Shown piece after piece: positions 42,503 through 61,340 of a stretch of DNA of 64,000 nt. The stretch's first letter is position 1. Each line of letters starts with the position of its first letter. The notes under the pieces were generated by a model. It was not told the DNA's origin. It saw only the letters and a program-made list of their open reading frames with translations, and searched no databases. The position numbers and the translations under genes are program-made. Origin of the DNA: the human T2T-CHM13v2.0 reference genome, Homo sapiens; the NCBI RefSeq assembly GCF_009914755.1, contig NC_060929.1. The stretch is one strand, 5' to 3'.

Positions 42503-42598
42503 CAGTGCTCCTCCACTCACGATGGGATTACATCCCAATAAACCTGTCATAAATTCGAAAAATCTTAGGTTGAGACATCGTAAGTTGGAAACCATCTG
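42503..42598 (+). mobile_element. Tigger4/MER46-like mini MITE
   Basis: TA-CAGTGCTCCTCCACTCACGATGGGATTACATCCCAATAAACC...CATCGTAAGTTGGAAACCATCTG-TA; TIRs with TA TSD. Confidence 0.75.
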
Positions 42599-43254
42599 TA
42601 GGTCCATTGTGTACCTTTTTCTGTAATTTCTATTGTGAACTCCATTTGGAGTTAATTTACTTAACATTTCTGAACTCTTGATCTTCACCAAATTGCTACT
42701 CTGGCAATTTTTCATCTCAATAAAAGGCAGTGCTATTCCCCCAGTTCCTCTGGACAGCAACCTTGGGGTTATCCTTGACCCTTCTCTTGCATACCCCAAA
42801 TGCAATTCACCAGTAATTCCCATGGACTTTGATTTTAGGATAAAAGCACAATTGAACCACTTTACTTCTGTTGCCACCTTCTAGTCCAAGCCACCATCAT
42901 CTCTTTGTTACTGGAATCATTCCAGTAACTTTTGAACTGGTTTCTCAACTGATCTTGTTCTCCTTTGCACAACAGCCAGTATTCTTTCAAAATACAAATT
43001 ATGTCATGTCCGTCTTCTGCTTAAAATCAACCAGTTATTTCCCATCTGACTAGAAGCCAAAGTCTACAGATTAGTCTCTAAGGCATGATATAGCCCCTGG
43101 CTACCTTATAAATTTCATCTGCTACTTTCCTGCAGTCATTGCTGCAGCCAAAGTGCCTTTTGGCAAGTTCTTTTCTATCTATCTATACCTCGGTAATCCA
43201 CATCAAACTTTCTTATTCATATCCCCAAAATTCTACAAAAGCAGACATTGCAGG

Positions 43255-43450
43255 TGGTAATAAGACTAACATTTATTGAGTGACTCCTGAGTGCCAAGCC
43301 TTTTTTCATTTAATATTCACAACAACCCTGTGCATAAAAAGTAGACAGTGCTCATTTCCATTTTTGTAGAATGCGAAACTGTGCTTAGGAGAAGTTAAGT
43401 AACTTGACAATGGTTACATAGCCAGTAAGTAATGGAGCCAGGATTTAAAC
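43255..43450 (-). mobile_element. MIR
   Basis: AACATTTATTGAG...TCACAACAACCCTG...GTTAAGTAACTTG...GGAGCCAGGATTTAAAC. Confidence 0.75.
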
Positions 43451-43759
43451 ATGTTTAAGAACTATAAGCACTATATTGTCTCCTTAAGCGTTACATAGTT
43501 ATTGCCTTTCCATGTGAGTTCTAAGAAGTTTCTTGAGATGTATCCACCTACACATCTCCCCAGTCTCCCTACCCCAATAAGATTAGCTCCCAACTTCACT
43601 GCTAGCAATTTTATGAGATTTCATTTGAAAAAAAATCTGATGCCTAGATAACAGTTAAAGTCTGCAAATCATGGATGTTTCCCTCTTCAGTCACTATGTT
43701 AGGATTTAAAAGGAACCTAAAAAGAGTCCTTTTTCTGTGGCAAAATAAGCAAATGTTAA

Positions 43760-44368
<609 letters not shown>

Positions 44369-47300
44369 GATTTAGGTTCCTTCACTGAGTAGTCTGGAAG
44401 ATATAATCTGGATAATTTGCTATGAAGTTATGAGGGATACAAGTGAAATACTGGGGAAGAAAATGGATTGGAAAGTAAAATTGGTACTAAAGCCCATACT
44501 GATTATCTTGACTTTGTTTTTTAAGGCATAGGTATATATTTTGGATCAAAATCCTTCCAAATTTGAAAACTCAATAAAAATAACACTTATTAAATTCTAG
44601 TTAGTGTAGCACTCATGCTGAAGTAAACATGATCGTAGGCAGAAGCAAAATTTTATTATAAAATCTAAAACAAAACTTTATAGAGTTGAATCTATTCCAT
44701 CTGACTTCAATATTTGCCAAACGTTTATTTTACCTCCTAGATTGATGTTGGTATAGTATCCTTAATACAGTGTAGTATATTAATGTCCTTAATACAATCA
44801 GGAGGTTTTTACCTTTAAGCAAATAAATTATGTCATTATTGAAAAAGACTTAAGGGATGATTAGACTTGGCAATCTGTAAGCAGGAGTATAAATGTTTTA
44901 AATTGCATTGTCCCTATGTAACTATCTTAATGGCTATATATATGTATTTTATAAAGCCATTTATGTATACACATGTAACTTGGAATTTCCTTCATCCCTA
45001 CACATTTTCTACACTTACATCACCTTATTGCATAAAACAAAGTCACGCGCTTTCTGCTTGAACATCAAAATATCAAAAACCAAGGTACCCAAAAGATACA
45101 AGTCAGAGACAACATCCTTGTCCATATCCAAACCCAGTGTTTCAGTGCTAGCAACTTAATTTCTCATACATTTATAGAGTTTGGTTTGCTTTGCTAGTTG
45201 TGTGAATCATTGGGCTGTTTTTAGAGCCACTGTTAAGAGAGAATATAAAATAATCATGACAATTACTACTGTTTCCACATTTACAAATTGTGTACTTAAA
45301 TGAACCTCATTTCCCTTTTATTTCTGAATGGCTTGTCTGAGAGGAAACAAAATTAAAATTCATCTGGGAATTTGTGCCTCTTGTCTAGTATATAGTCACC
45401 ACTAAATAATGGCTTCCGTTTTTATTTTCTTTCAGGTTTTGCTTTAAATTTTGTTTTCCAAAATAGATGTACGTGGAGGGAAAAGCAATTATTCTTATCA
45501 CCTTTTATTTAAACTTCTTTAGATGAATACTGAAGAAAAATCCAAACCTTAAAGGAAATGTGCCCTTGTATTTTATGGGTGAGGGGAAAAAGTACATTTG
45601 TACATTTCAACATATAATAAGCAAAAAAATTACTAATCAGTTTAATAAAAACATTTTGTCTATTCCTAAATGTAATTTGGTGGGTTAAGCACTTTGTGTA
45701 GTAAAATGATATGTGTCTGCTCTATCATTAGACATTTTAAAGTTTCATGTCTTCACGTGAATAATCACAGTTGTATCATGAACCATTTAGCGCTCTGAAG
45801 CACAGTGACTTTGCACTGATATTGTCCAACCAAGAATGCATACGAATAGAAATTCATTTTACTTGCTAAATGTCACAGAAATGGTTACTTTTTGCAAATA
45901 GTAGTGTTGGAACAAAAAAGTGATATCCAAAAAGTGTAAAAACAGTAATAAGTAGCAAATCTCTCGTGTGTGTGTGTGTGTAGTTACTGAAACACCTACA
46001 TTTTCCATTTTTAAATTCCACCAAAAGGGGGAAAATAAAATTAAACACCACTGATCACATTTTATATTTTATGGTGACTATTTTAGATTAAGGTTTACTT
46101 TGTCCAACCAATAGCATTTAAATTGTTTTCAATTAGGATAGTTTCAGATAAGAGTAAACCAGAAAATTTCAAGTTTGAAAAATTTCTAGAAAAGAATCTG
46201 AATAGAATCAAGTATTTACTAGTGAAAATCTGTAGGATCCTTTGTTTAGCTAAAAATTAAATATTTCAGGATATTTTTTGGAAGTTAGCATGAAAATAGT
46301 TAGTTACATAAATTCATTTTATTGTAGAATAATTATAAGACCGATAGGCTGAACCATACACAAATAAGGTTGATCTTGTTTTCCTTTTTGGAGAAAGAGA
46401 ATACAAATTAACATTAAAATTGAAATGTAGAAAGTAAAATATGAATAATTTTTTACAACCACTCCAAATTAGTTGAAACAAAATCTTGAACGGTCACGCA
46501 CTTAAATTTAAGCTAGCCAAATATGTTGCACTGAATTTTGAAAAGAATGAGTGAGATAACTGTAAGATACGCTCGTTCCCTTTTAAAAATTGTTATTTTT
46601 CTTTAACATGGGTGCCAAATCAAATATCCATGGGCTATACTTCTTAAGATAATAACAGCTCAAAATAATATTTTTTAATTCAGTAGAACTAATAGCATTA
46701 TGGAAAAGATTCTATTAAATGTTCCACAGGCCCACTGGTCCTCTTATATAAGCCAAATTTTGGCCATGGAGCTTGTGATACACTTGCCTTACATTGTAGG
46801 GTTTCTTAATTTGAGTCAAGTACACTGAAAGCAATTAAAAACTGGTAAATATTAATTTACTATGTAAAGTGAACTTACGAATTAACTTACTAAATACATA
46901 TATGTAGACCTTCCCGAAATGCCATTCTCAATTTTATTTTATGGGCTCCAAAAAAAATTATCTGGGTTAATAAGGTTATCTATTAAAGCCCCCAGAATCT
47001 CAGCACTAGATGTCATAAATATGAAATAGTAAAAACAAGGTCACTTGAAAATGGGTATTTAATACCTTAGCTGGTGTTTTCAGAAGCATACAGAACTGGA
47101 AAGGTAAGAACTTGCTTACTATTGCAGATATACCTGACCACTCACAACTGTCTTTTTAGCAGCAGCTTTGTTAAAACTGCACAAAGCATTCACTTTATTG
47201 ATTGAGTACAAATGCTTTAGTGTTTCTACCTAAGTATTAGTACATCTGTTCAGGAAATGGAAAAAAAAAATGCTGCTTAAATTTGTTTTATCAGCTGAGG

Positions 47301-47760
47301 TTGTGGAGGATTTTTGTCCACTGATCTTTTGCAACAGAAAAGCATACTTTGTCAGCTTCTAATAAGATAGCCAGGTTTGAATTATTTGCAAAATTTATAT
47401 AAGCAAATAAGATCTCTTGGTAACAATTGACATTGCACTAGAATTTGAATGATACTGTTGTTGGCATTTCTGTTTCTCTTTCAAGTAGTTGTAAATAATC
47501 TCTTTTTCTCATATAAACGGAATGCATAATGTCTTACTCTTGAGTCATTTAGTAGCATTGATATGGTACCAAGTTGTATAGCAGAGTAACAAAATCATGA
47601 TTTGACAATGAAATTTACATATTGCCTCACCTAGAGATGTTTTGTCTGTATGACTTTTTTTTTTTTAAGTTTGTCTTACTGTTACTTTAAATGTTTTGGG
47701 TAAATTGTGTAATATGAAAAGTTCAATAAAATGTCGAAATAAAGCCACTGTTTTTCTCCT
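44369..47760 (+). other. SLC25A46: SLC25A46 3' UTR (~3.4 kb; end inferred from the distal poly(A) signals)
   Basis: AT-rich sequence with no recognisable TE, running from the stop codon to paired AATAAA hexamers; L1M sequence begins shortly after. Confidence 0.7.
47725..47743 (+). terminator. Distal polyadenylation signals
   Basis: AATAAA at 47725-47730 and 47738-47743, with upstream TGTA and U-rich sequence and downstream TGTTTTTCT. Confidence 0.7.
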
Positions 47761-47984
47761 ACTGATGTGAGAGAACTATTCAGGCTGGTGGTTAAAGATG
47801 AAGTATATTTTTTTAGGTAGAAAGGAAGATCAACAAAATATGTGAAGTTAAACTTTTTTGCACACTATTTTTTAAAATCTCTATAGCCTCCTCACCACAT
47901 CCCTATGACATTTTTGGAGTTGTGCTGTTTGATTAAGAATAAAATAGATACAGAGAGGAGGTGATTTGTCCTGCATTTCACAAC

Positions 47985-49350
47985 TAGGAGAGTAACAACA
48001 GAAAAATGACAAATAGGCAGCTCCAGACTCCCATCCCTCCATGGAAAGAGAAGAAAACAACCAGAAACTGTCAGAACCAACTTTGTCAGACTCTGGAAAA
48101 CAGTCAAAAGTTTACAGCAACTATGTGAATGTTAAATCAAGAAAAAGGCAACTTATTGTTAGGAAAGCTTTGTGGCTTTGACTTACCTTGGCTCCTGTCT
48201 TCTCTGTGGTTCAGTGGCATGGCAGTCTTAAAAATGGCAGCTTGGGTGCCCAGTGTGGGACCTGACCCTTGGTTCTAGAAGGAATAGAACAGACATAACT
48301 TGCTGGAAGGGAGTAAAACGATGTATTTATAATGCTGGAAATAAGTAATTTCTTTAAAAGGTTAAATAATGTTATATCTAGCAAAACTACCCTTCAAGAA
48401 TGAAGGCGAAATTAAGACATTCCCGGATAAACAAAACCTAATGAAGTTTGTTATTAGTAGAACTTTCTTACGAGAAATAAAGGGAGTACATCAGGCTGCA
48501 AAGAAAAGACAATAGATAGTAACTTGAAGTCATATAAAGAAATAACACAGGTAAATGTAGTTTTATAGGTAAGTATAAAAGCCAGTATTACTGTACTTTT
48601 AGTTTGTAACTCCACTCTTTCCTGTATAATTAAAAAGGCAAGTGCATAAAAGTGAATCTATTTTAATGGTCACACAATATATAAAAATATATCTATGACA
48701 AGAACAATATAAAGTGAGAGAGATGGAGATGTATAGGAGCAGAGTGTTTGTATACTACTGAAATTAAGTTGATATTCAACTTGTTGTTACATGTTTAAGA
48801 TGTTGTAGCCCTTGAGATAAACACCAAGAAAATGACTTTAAAAACATACAGAAAAGGGAAGAAGGAAAACAAAATGGTATACTATTAGGAAGGCTGAGGC
48901 ATGAGAATCACTTGAACCCAGGAGGCAGAGGTTGCAGTCAGCCAAGATTGCACTCCATTGCACTCCAGCCTGGACAACAAGAGCAAAACTATCTCAAAAA
49001 AACAAAACAAAACAAAACAAAAGCTCTACTACCAAACAAATCAGTTAATACCAAAAAAGACAGTGATATAGGAATTGAGAAGTAAAAAGCATAAAGATAG
49101 AAAACAAATAGCTAAATGGCAGAAGTCTATCATCTGCAGTTACTTTAAATGTAAATAAAAGGCGAGTGGCAAAATTGATTTTTTTAAATGACATATCTGT
49201 ACTATGTCTACAAGAGACTTATTTTAGATATAAAGACACAGAGTTTGAAAGAAAAAGAAAAGCATTTTCCGTGTAAATTACGAAAAGAAGGGTGGCCGTA
49301 TTATCAAAGACAATAGATTTTAAGTCAAAGTGGTTAACGAGACAAGGACA
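47985..49350 (+). mobile_element. Old L1M fragments (5' region, ORF1 end, ORF2 start)
   Basis: GCAAAACTACCCTTCAAGAATGAAGGCGAAATTAAGACATTCCCGGATAAACAAAA; TACTTTAAATGTAAAT...TGTCTACAAGAGACT. Confidence 0.75.
48888..49022 (+). mobile_element. Alu right-arm fragment
   Basis: AGGCTGAGGCATGAGAATCACTTGAACCCAGGAGGCAGAGGTTGCAGT...(CAAAA)n. Confidence 0.9.
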
Positions 49351-52300
49351 TCCAACAGAAGGGCTAGGGGCACCATGTTCTCACTAACTGATGAATTGCT
49401 TCTTAGCTTAATTTCTACTGGAGCCAACAATGGAAGGCTTCTGAGAGCTTTTGGTAGGTCTTTCCACAGTCCTCTGCATTCCTTTCCCTTCTCCAAGTTG
49501 GTAACAACCTGTCTCAATTCTTTGTAATATAGGGACCTTGTAGTTTGTGAGCATCACTCAAGCTCTCTAAATTTTACACTAGAGATCATGTTTTCTCTCC
49601 CACTTCCACTATACAATACATAGACATAGAAAAATAAATTACATGGACATAATAAATGTGGAATACATGAATGAACCATAAAATTGTGCACTCATTCTTG
49701 TCTACGTATTTTCAAACTTGTTCCCTTTTAGCTAAGGATTTCAACACTTTCAAGTGTCAAGTGACCTTTAGAAGTCATCTCCCATTAAACCTCTCATTTC
49801 ATAAATGTGTAAACTGAATCCTAAATATGTTTGGTGATTTTACTAAGGTCACAGAATAACAGAGCTGCTACTGCAACCCAGTTCTTCCCACTCCCAGACT
49901 AGTCTTTTTCCCCATTACATCACCCTGCCTTTTCTCTTTTATTTACCACTGAGTCTCTCCTTTCTATCTATACATATCTATACATAGAAACACCTGAAAC
50001 TCTGAACTCTGTGATACTTAATAAACTCTATTTCAAAAAACAAACAAAAAACTATTTATACTTTCCTTATCTCACTTGTTTTCTGTTTTCATTCCATCTT
50101 TTGTCTTCCTCACTGGCTTCAGTTTTTAATTGTCCTTAGCATTTTCCAAACTCTGTTATAAGTCTTTATTATTTTGTATCTAGAACATGTCTTCCCACTA
50201 TGTACTACTTCAATTGGCTCCCCAATATTTATCTTCAGTCTTGATCTCACCTCTAAGCTCCAGACCCATATCCCTATTTCATTTGCATTGGTACTGTGTT
50301 CCCCACTGCTGCCTCAAATTCAATGTATTAAAAGCTAAATTTATTATTTTTCTCATAAACTGGTTCTTCCTTTCCCACAGTGTTATAATTTTCCAGTCAT
50401 ATACAATCAAAATTTGAAATCATCTTCAGTTTCTCCCCAGATCTTTCATAGTCAATTATCTAAGTCCTATTATAAAAGAAGACCATGCCTTCGGAGCCTG
50501 GAAAACCTGGCTTCGAATTCTAGTTACATGCCACACTAATGAGAGCTCTGATACTCAGTTTTCTCATCTATAAAATGAGGATAAAGCCTTCTTCACTGAA
50601 GGTTACATGAGAGTGTCTTTTAAAAACCTGCAATACTGAAAATGTTCACCTTTCCAATCTCCTTTCTACCATAAGTTGTTATTATCTCACGTGTAATAGG
50701 TCTTCCCTACAGCCTTACCTTTTAATGATTCTACACTACAATAATATTATTCTTTTTAATTATCTTTTCGTTAACATTGCTTCCCTGCTCAGTTACTTTC
50801 AGTGACCACCCAATGCCCATAAAATAGTTGTTAAGTTCGTAATATCCCTCCAGGTTCTTATGCCTTCCTCAAGTCTTGCTGTCTCTTCCCAGCCTTTCTC
50901 TGACTACTCTCACTGCTGCCCTACATAAGCAGTGGCTGGTGCTGCTAACACCACTCCTTTCCTACCTTTACATCTTTGTCAAAATTCTGCTCCTACCCAG
51001 AATGTATCTGCTCATCTTACCTGTACAAGTCCTACCCATCTTTGGGGTTCGCAACTCAAATCTTAAGTCGCTCAAACAGCAAATGTTTGTTGAGCACTTT
51101 TTATATTCTAAACACTCTGATGAAATAGCAGGAGGGAGCTATGAATAAGACACCATCACATGCACAAAGGGCTTTTAGCCAAGCTTTCCCAAGCTACTTC
51201 TATTCACATCAATATTTTCTTCTTCAAAGTCTTATTGATCACATCTGTTGGCAAGTATCATGGATTTCTTATTTAACAACTATGTTTATTATTGTTTCAA
51301 CAAGACTGTAATCTCCAACATAATGATGGCTAAATTTTATGGAATGTCAGATGTGTGCCAAACACTATACTAAATGCTTTACAAATATTATAAGTATTAT
51401 GTCATTTAATCCTCACTGGGACCCCATGAGGTAGACATTATTATTCTTATTTTATATATTATTACATGGAAATATAACTTAATGATATATATAACTTAAA
51501 AATATAACAATATTATAACAACAATTTACCACTCCATCTCACTCCAGCATTTAGGACATTTCTTGGTACATATAAATATTCAAAAGTACAAATTGAGTTT
51601 ACTTACTATAAGCAAGTAGCTTAAGAGTAGATTATAATTTTACAATGTAGAAGAGGTCCTTTTGATAATCACATTCTCATATTTATAAAACGAGTTCAGA
51701 ACTCCTAGAATTGTCAGCCTGAAATTTAACCTGAAGCTGGGAACCATCCAGGGATCTGTCTCGAGGGATGGCTGACAGCCTCAAAATAAACCTACATTTG
51801 TAAGACTATTCAGAGAATCTCTCTGCCCCCAAATCAGATTTTACTGGAATCTGATTGAAACTATTTTAAAACAAATGTATAAAGTGTGTCAAGCAAACTG
51901 TTTTTGGCTGTTGTAAAATCTAATTCATCTGATCTAACCTGTTGATAAAGGGAAACTTTCCATGTCTCCCTCTAACACACAGTGCCCAGGGAAAATATGT
52001 GTTTGAAATAATGCCTTCTTTAATTACTGGTTTAGTCACAAGATTTCCACATCCAACAATGGAAACATAGGGCCCAGCTGCATTTCATTTTTTTTAAAGG
52101 GCTTATGATGTGATGCAACTGGTGAGCACATGACTTCTTTGGGCTAGCTGAATTAGTTCTGAGCCAGACAGAAAAGAAAGATGTATGGCCTGGATCTTGG
52201 GGAAAGGATAAACTTGGTATGCTCGCGCATTGAATAATGAAAGAGGTTCATTCTCATTTACAAAGTTTGCCATAATTGCTACAGAAAAATCCACAACACT

Positions 52301-52589
52301 GACATCATTCTCAATCTTTAATAAACCAAAGAGAAGGTAAATAGAAAACTATATCTATTGCTTATTTTTGATGGTAGCATTTTCTTTAATTAGATCCTGA
52401 AGGTTAGGTTCTTTCCCAGTACAACAAAAAGGCTCTATTTATGATGAATCTGTAAAAATATCTGACCCCACTTAAAATAAAACTGGAATATTTATAGTGA
52501 CATACATCTATGTACACAGTATAGCCAAATAAGGCAACATTTGGTAATTCTTCCGATCTCTGATCTCTATTAAAAATACTCACTTTCAA

Positions 52590-53705
52590 AATGTAAGGTA
52601 ATAGATGAGCCACAGACTGGGAGAAAATATTTGCCAAACATAAATCTGATTAAGGTCATGTATCTAAAATATACAGAAAAACTTCTAAGACTCAATAACA
52701 AGAAAGTAAACAGTGCAATCAAAAAGTGAGCAAAAGATATGAGCATACAGACACCCAGACATCTCAACAAAGAAGACACACAGATGACAAATAAGCACAG
52801 GAAAAGATGTTCAACATTATACATGACTAAAAATTGCAAATTAAAATAACAGTGAAATGACACTACATACCTAGCAGAATGGCTAAAATCCCAAACACTG
52901 ACAACACCAAATGCTATTAAGGTTGTGGAGCAATAGAAACTCTCACTCATTACTAGTGGGAATGTAAATGGTACAGCCATTTTAGAAGACAGTTTAACAG
53001 TTTCTTTCAAAACTCAACATGTCTTATCACACAATTAAGCAATCATGCTTCTAGATATTTACCTGAGTACAAAACATGTCCACACAAAAGCCTGCACATG
53101 AGCATGTGTAGCAGCTTTATTCATAACTGCTAAAACTTGAATGGATAAACAAACTATGGTACATATGTGCAATAGGATACTATTCAGTGATGAAAAATAA
53201 ATTGTCATCACAAAAAGACATGGAAAAACCTTAAATATACATACTAAAAGAAAAAAGTCAGTCTGAAAGGTAATATGCCATATGATTGCAACTATATGAT
53301 ATCCTAGAAAAGGCAAAAGTGTAGAGACAGTAAAATGGTCCATAGTTGCCATGGGTTCAAAAGTAAGGAAGAGAGAGAGGGATGGATAGGTAAAACATAG
53401 TGGATTTTTAGGGCAGTGAAAATATTCTGTATAATACTATAATGGTGGATATATGACATTATACATTTATTGAAACCCACAGAATGCATAAGGCAAACAG
53501 TTAAAGTTAATGTACAGTATAGACTTCAGTTAATAATAATACATTAATACCAGTTCACTAATTGTAGCAAATGTATCATATAAATGCAAAATAGAGGAAA
53601 CTGTGGCATGGAGCAGGGCAGTATATGGGAACACTCTGTACTACCTGCTCAATTTTTCTGTAAATTTAAAACTGCTCTAAAAAACGAAGTCTCTTAATTT
53701 AAAAA
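52590..53705 (+). mobile_element. L1MC/MD-like 3' portion
   Basis: GCCACAGACTGGGAGAAAATATTTGC...CACACAAAAGCCTGCAC...ACTCTGTACTACCTGCTCAATTTTTCTGTAAATTTAAAACTGCTCTAAAAA. Confidence 0.82.
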
Positions 53706-54083
53706 ACTTTTTAATCTCTAAACTCATTTTCTTTAATGTTAAATAGCATATATAATCATAGTAAAATAAACAAGAACAGAAAATTAACATTGGAATTATT
53801 AACCAGAAACTTTGTTTAAATTTCACCTTTTCTCACCTTTTTTGGTGTCCTTTTTCTGTTTCAGGACTCTATCTAGGATCTCACATTACATTTAACAGTC
53901 AAAGTTCCACAGTCTATCTTTGTCTTTCATAATCTTGAGAATTTGAAGAGTACTAATCAGTTATTTCACAGTTTACCCTTCAATGTGGATTTGTCTAATG
54001 TTTTCCTATGCTTGAAATGAGATTGTGTGTTTTTTGCAAAACTGCCACAGAAATAGTATTGTGTTTTTTTTCTCATCAAGGGA

Positions 54084-54170
54084 TTCATATGTTGCTACGT
54101 CTTATGACCTTGTTCATATGTTGCTACGTCTTATGACCTTATTCATATGTTGCTACGTCTTATAACCTTG
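54084..54170. repeat. 29-bp minisatellite, 3 copies
   Basis: TTCATATGTTGCTACGTCTTATGACCTT(G/A) at 54084, 54113 and 54142. Confidence 0.93.
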
Positions 54171-54499
54171 AATACTCGGGTAAGCTGGTGTCTGTTGAGT
54201 TTCTTCTCTGTAAAGTTACTGTCTTTTCCTTTGTAGTTAATATAAATACCTTAAAAGAAATAATTTGAAGCTGCAAATTTTATTTATCTTCAAATTTTAC
54301 CCACTAACTTTAGTATCCCTTCGTGGATCTTGCCTGAAAAAATTATTACTGTGGTGTTAGCCCAATGTTAAATCTCTATGCCTATCTTTTAAATTTACTA
54401 GTTGGAAAAGTGTAAGAAACAACTTTCCCTTTTCTGCAGTTTATTCAAGAGTTTACATATACCAGTATAAACTCATAGATAGAAGAGTTCATTTAAATG

Positions 54500-56080
54500 T
54501 TGAATCAAAATTTATGAAAAGGATATGATACCTGTGAATATCCATGCACCAAATAACACAGCAACCACTTATGAAGCAAAACTACTCAGGGTGTAATGAA
54601 GCAGATGGAAGCCAATGATAGAATATTTTAATATGCTATTCTCAGGAGGACAGATAAAATAGATAAAAATAAGTGTTGATATTAAAGAACTAAACAACAT
54701 GAACAATCATTTAGACTTTATGAATATAGATCAAACGTTATATCTTAATAGCATAACATTGAAATACATTGTATTAATAGAATGCTCACAAATGTTGATC
54801 ATATGTTAGGTTACAAAGTCAGTATCAGTAAGTTCCATTAAGTAGAAATATAAGAATTATTCTCTAACTACCATTAATTAAAAAAAACCTAGAAATTATT
54901 AACAAAAATTTTTTAAAATGTCCTTTTCCCTAAAAATTGATAAATATCTTTACTAAATAGCTCTTGGGTACAGAAGATATAAAAACTGGAAATATTGATA
55001 ATAAGGCTACATATTAGAATCTATGGAATACATTTAAAGCATGATCAAAGAAAAACTCATAGTACTAGAAAATTTTATCAATAAAAAAATATTTAAAATA
55101 AATTAATTCAATTCTAAGCTTTAAAAAAGAAAAATTATAACAAAATAAACAGAAAGCAAAATTAAATATATACCTCAGACTATATTCAAGAAGAAACTCT
55201 AAATGAATCAAGAAACTACATGTGAAAAAAAACAAGAAAGGAAAAGGAAAAAACAAACAGCATAAGTACTAAAAGAAAATGCAGGTGAATTTCTTTAACC
55301 CTCATGTGAGAAATGTATTCTAACTGTGATTGGAAATCTAGAGACCATAAAATATAAAATTAATAAATGTGGCTATATAAAATTTTAAAAATCTAAATGT
55401 CAAAAAGCCCATAAACATATTCAAAATACAACTGACACTAGAAGAAGCTATTTGCAACATAGTAAAGAGCTATTATTCCTAATATGTAAAAAACTTAAAA
55501 ATGGATGGAAGAAAGTTAAAAAAAGAATTTCATAGGAAAATGTACAAAAGATAGAGCACAGAAAATTTATTTACTATATATAAAAATGGCCTATAAGTAT
55601 AGAATAAAGTTGTCAACCTCACTCATAATTAGATATGTAAATTAAAACTACACTGATACCATTTCTCAAATATGAGATTAAATAAAATGTAAAAGTGTGA
55701 CAACATCTTTTGGCTAGGTAATGGAGAAATAGACAGTCTCATGCGTTACTGGTAGAAATACAACTAACAAAACTCTTTTGGGGGAGAATTTAGCAACGTC
55801 TAACAAAAAAATAAATACACAATTACTATTGACCAAGCAATCTCTTATGTTGTAATTTATCTTAAAGATACACCTTGAACAAGATTAAAATATGTATTTC
55901 CATGATTATTTATTTGAGTTTTGTTTGTGATTGTAAAATATTGAAAACCACAAAAGTGCTTTTACAAAGAAGTATGATTGAATATACCATAGTATGTCCA
56001 TATGAGTTCTACACAGCTATAAAAAAATGAGAATGTTCTCCATATGGTGTGATTTCTGTTATATAAAAGTACAAATGTCT
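54500..56080 (+). mobile_element. Degraded L1ME-like ORF2/3' fragments
   Basis: ATCCATGCACCAAATAACACAGCA; ACATATTAGAATCTATGG; TATTTGCAACAT; CAACCTCACTCATAAT...TTAAAACTACACTG. Confidence 0.65.
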
Positions 56081-56694
56081 CAGTTATAAAAGGAAAAGAA
56101 AGTAAATAAACAGACATTTAGGGAAAGAGAAAATATTTGTTATTGAAATGATTTGAGATATAATATGTTAGCTATTACGCAAAGGCTCAATCCATATTTG
56201 TTCCATCCCTCCAGAGCTATTAGGCCTGCTTTGGGTACCTTCAGGTAATAAGCTGATGCCCCCCCATGCCTCCTTTAGAGATATGCAGATGGGAACACCT
56301 TAATATTTCCACTGCATCTCAATAACCTGTCTGGAAATTAAGAAATTGAAAGGTAACCAGACTAGATCTCATCAGTGATCAAGAGGAAGGAGATCATCAA
56401 TTCATCTGTCCACTTTATCTGAACCCAGCTTCTGAAGATAATGATGTGTCTTAAGAAAAATCTCTAAAGGGTTATATAACGAAGTCCAACAGAATTAACC
56501 AATTCAATGAGAAATATTTATCGAGCACCAACCCTGTGTCAATAACTGTTCCAGATGACTAACAGATATCACTAAACGAAACAGACAAAACCCCTGTCTT
56601 CATGGAGCTTATCTTCTCACTACATATGTGTTTGTATCAATCTCTCTATCGATCTTTATGTCTCTATAGCTACCTTTATCTATATGAATAATAA

Positions 56695-57110
56695 TATGCA
56701 TTAGGGTGTTGTTGGGCTACCATAATAATGCATTATAGACTGACTGTCTTAAACAGTAGAAATGTATTTCCTCTCAGTTCTGGAGGCTAGAAGTCTGAGA
56801 TCAAGGTGTCAGCAGGGTTGGTTTCTTTTGAAACCTCTCTCTTTTGGCTTGCAGAAGGGATAGCTGCCTTCTTGCTGCCTCCTTATATGGCCTTCTGTCT
56901 GTGCATGCACTTCGCTGGTGTCTCTGTCTGTCCCAATCTCCTCTGACAAGGATATCACTCAGATTGCACTAGGGCCCATCCCAATGGCCTTCTTTTAACT
57001 TAATTTCCTCTTTAGAGGTCCTATCACCAAGGACAGACACATTCTAAGGCACTGGGGCTAGAGCTTCAATATATGAATTTTAGGGGGAACACAATCCAGT
57101 CCATTAACAC
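56695..57110 (-). mobile_element. MLT1A-like LTR
   Basis: CTTAAACAGTAGAAATGTATTTCCTCTCAGTTCTGGAGGCTAGAAGTCTGAGATCAAGGTGTCAGCAGGGTTGG...GGGGGAACACAATCCAGTCCATTAACA. Confidence 0.85.
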
Positions 57111-57197
57111 AATACAAGTCAGGCTATAATTCAAAAGAGTGCATTCCACATGATCCACTGAAATTTCTACATACATATAATATTAAGGCAAACTAGA

Positions 57198-61310
<4,113 letters not shown>

Positions 61311-61340
61311 AAATTTGTTGGTTTAATTAAAAAAAAATAT

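Noticed and set aside
44369-47760. miRNA seed matches (e.g. GCACTTT, TTGCACT) in the 3' UTR
   Set aside because: 7-mers occur by chance in 3.4 kb, and conservation cannot be assessed from this sequence alone.
49320-49555. Possible processed-pseudogene fragment (short ORFs on both strands)
   Set aside because: No protein similarity that I recognise, no poly(A) or TSD; a database search would be needed.
54084-54170. CRISPR-like 29-bp repeats
   Set aside because: Head-to-tail tandem copies with no spacers.
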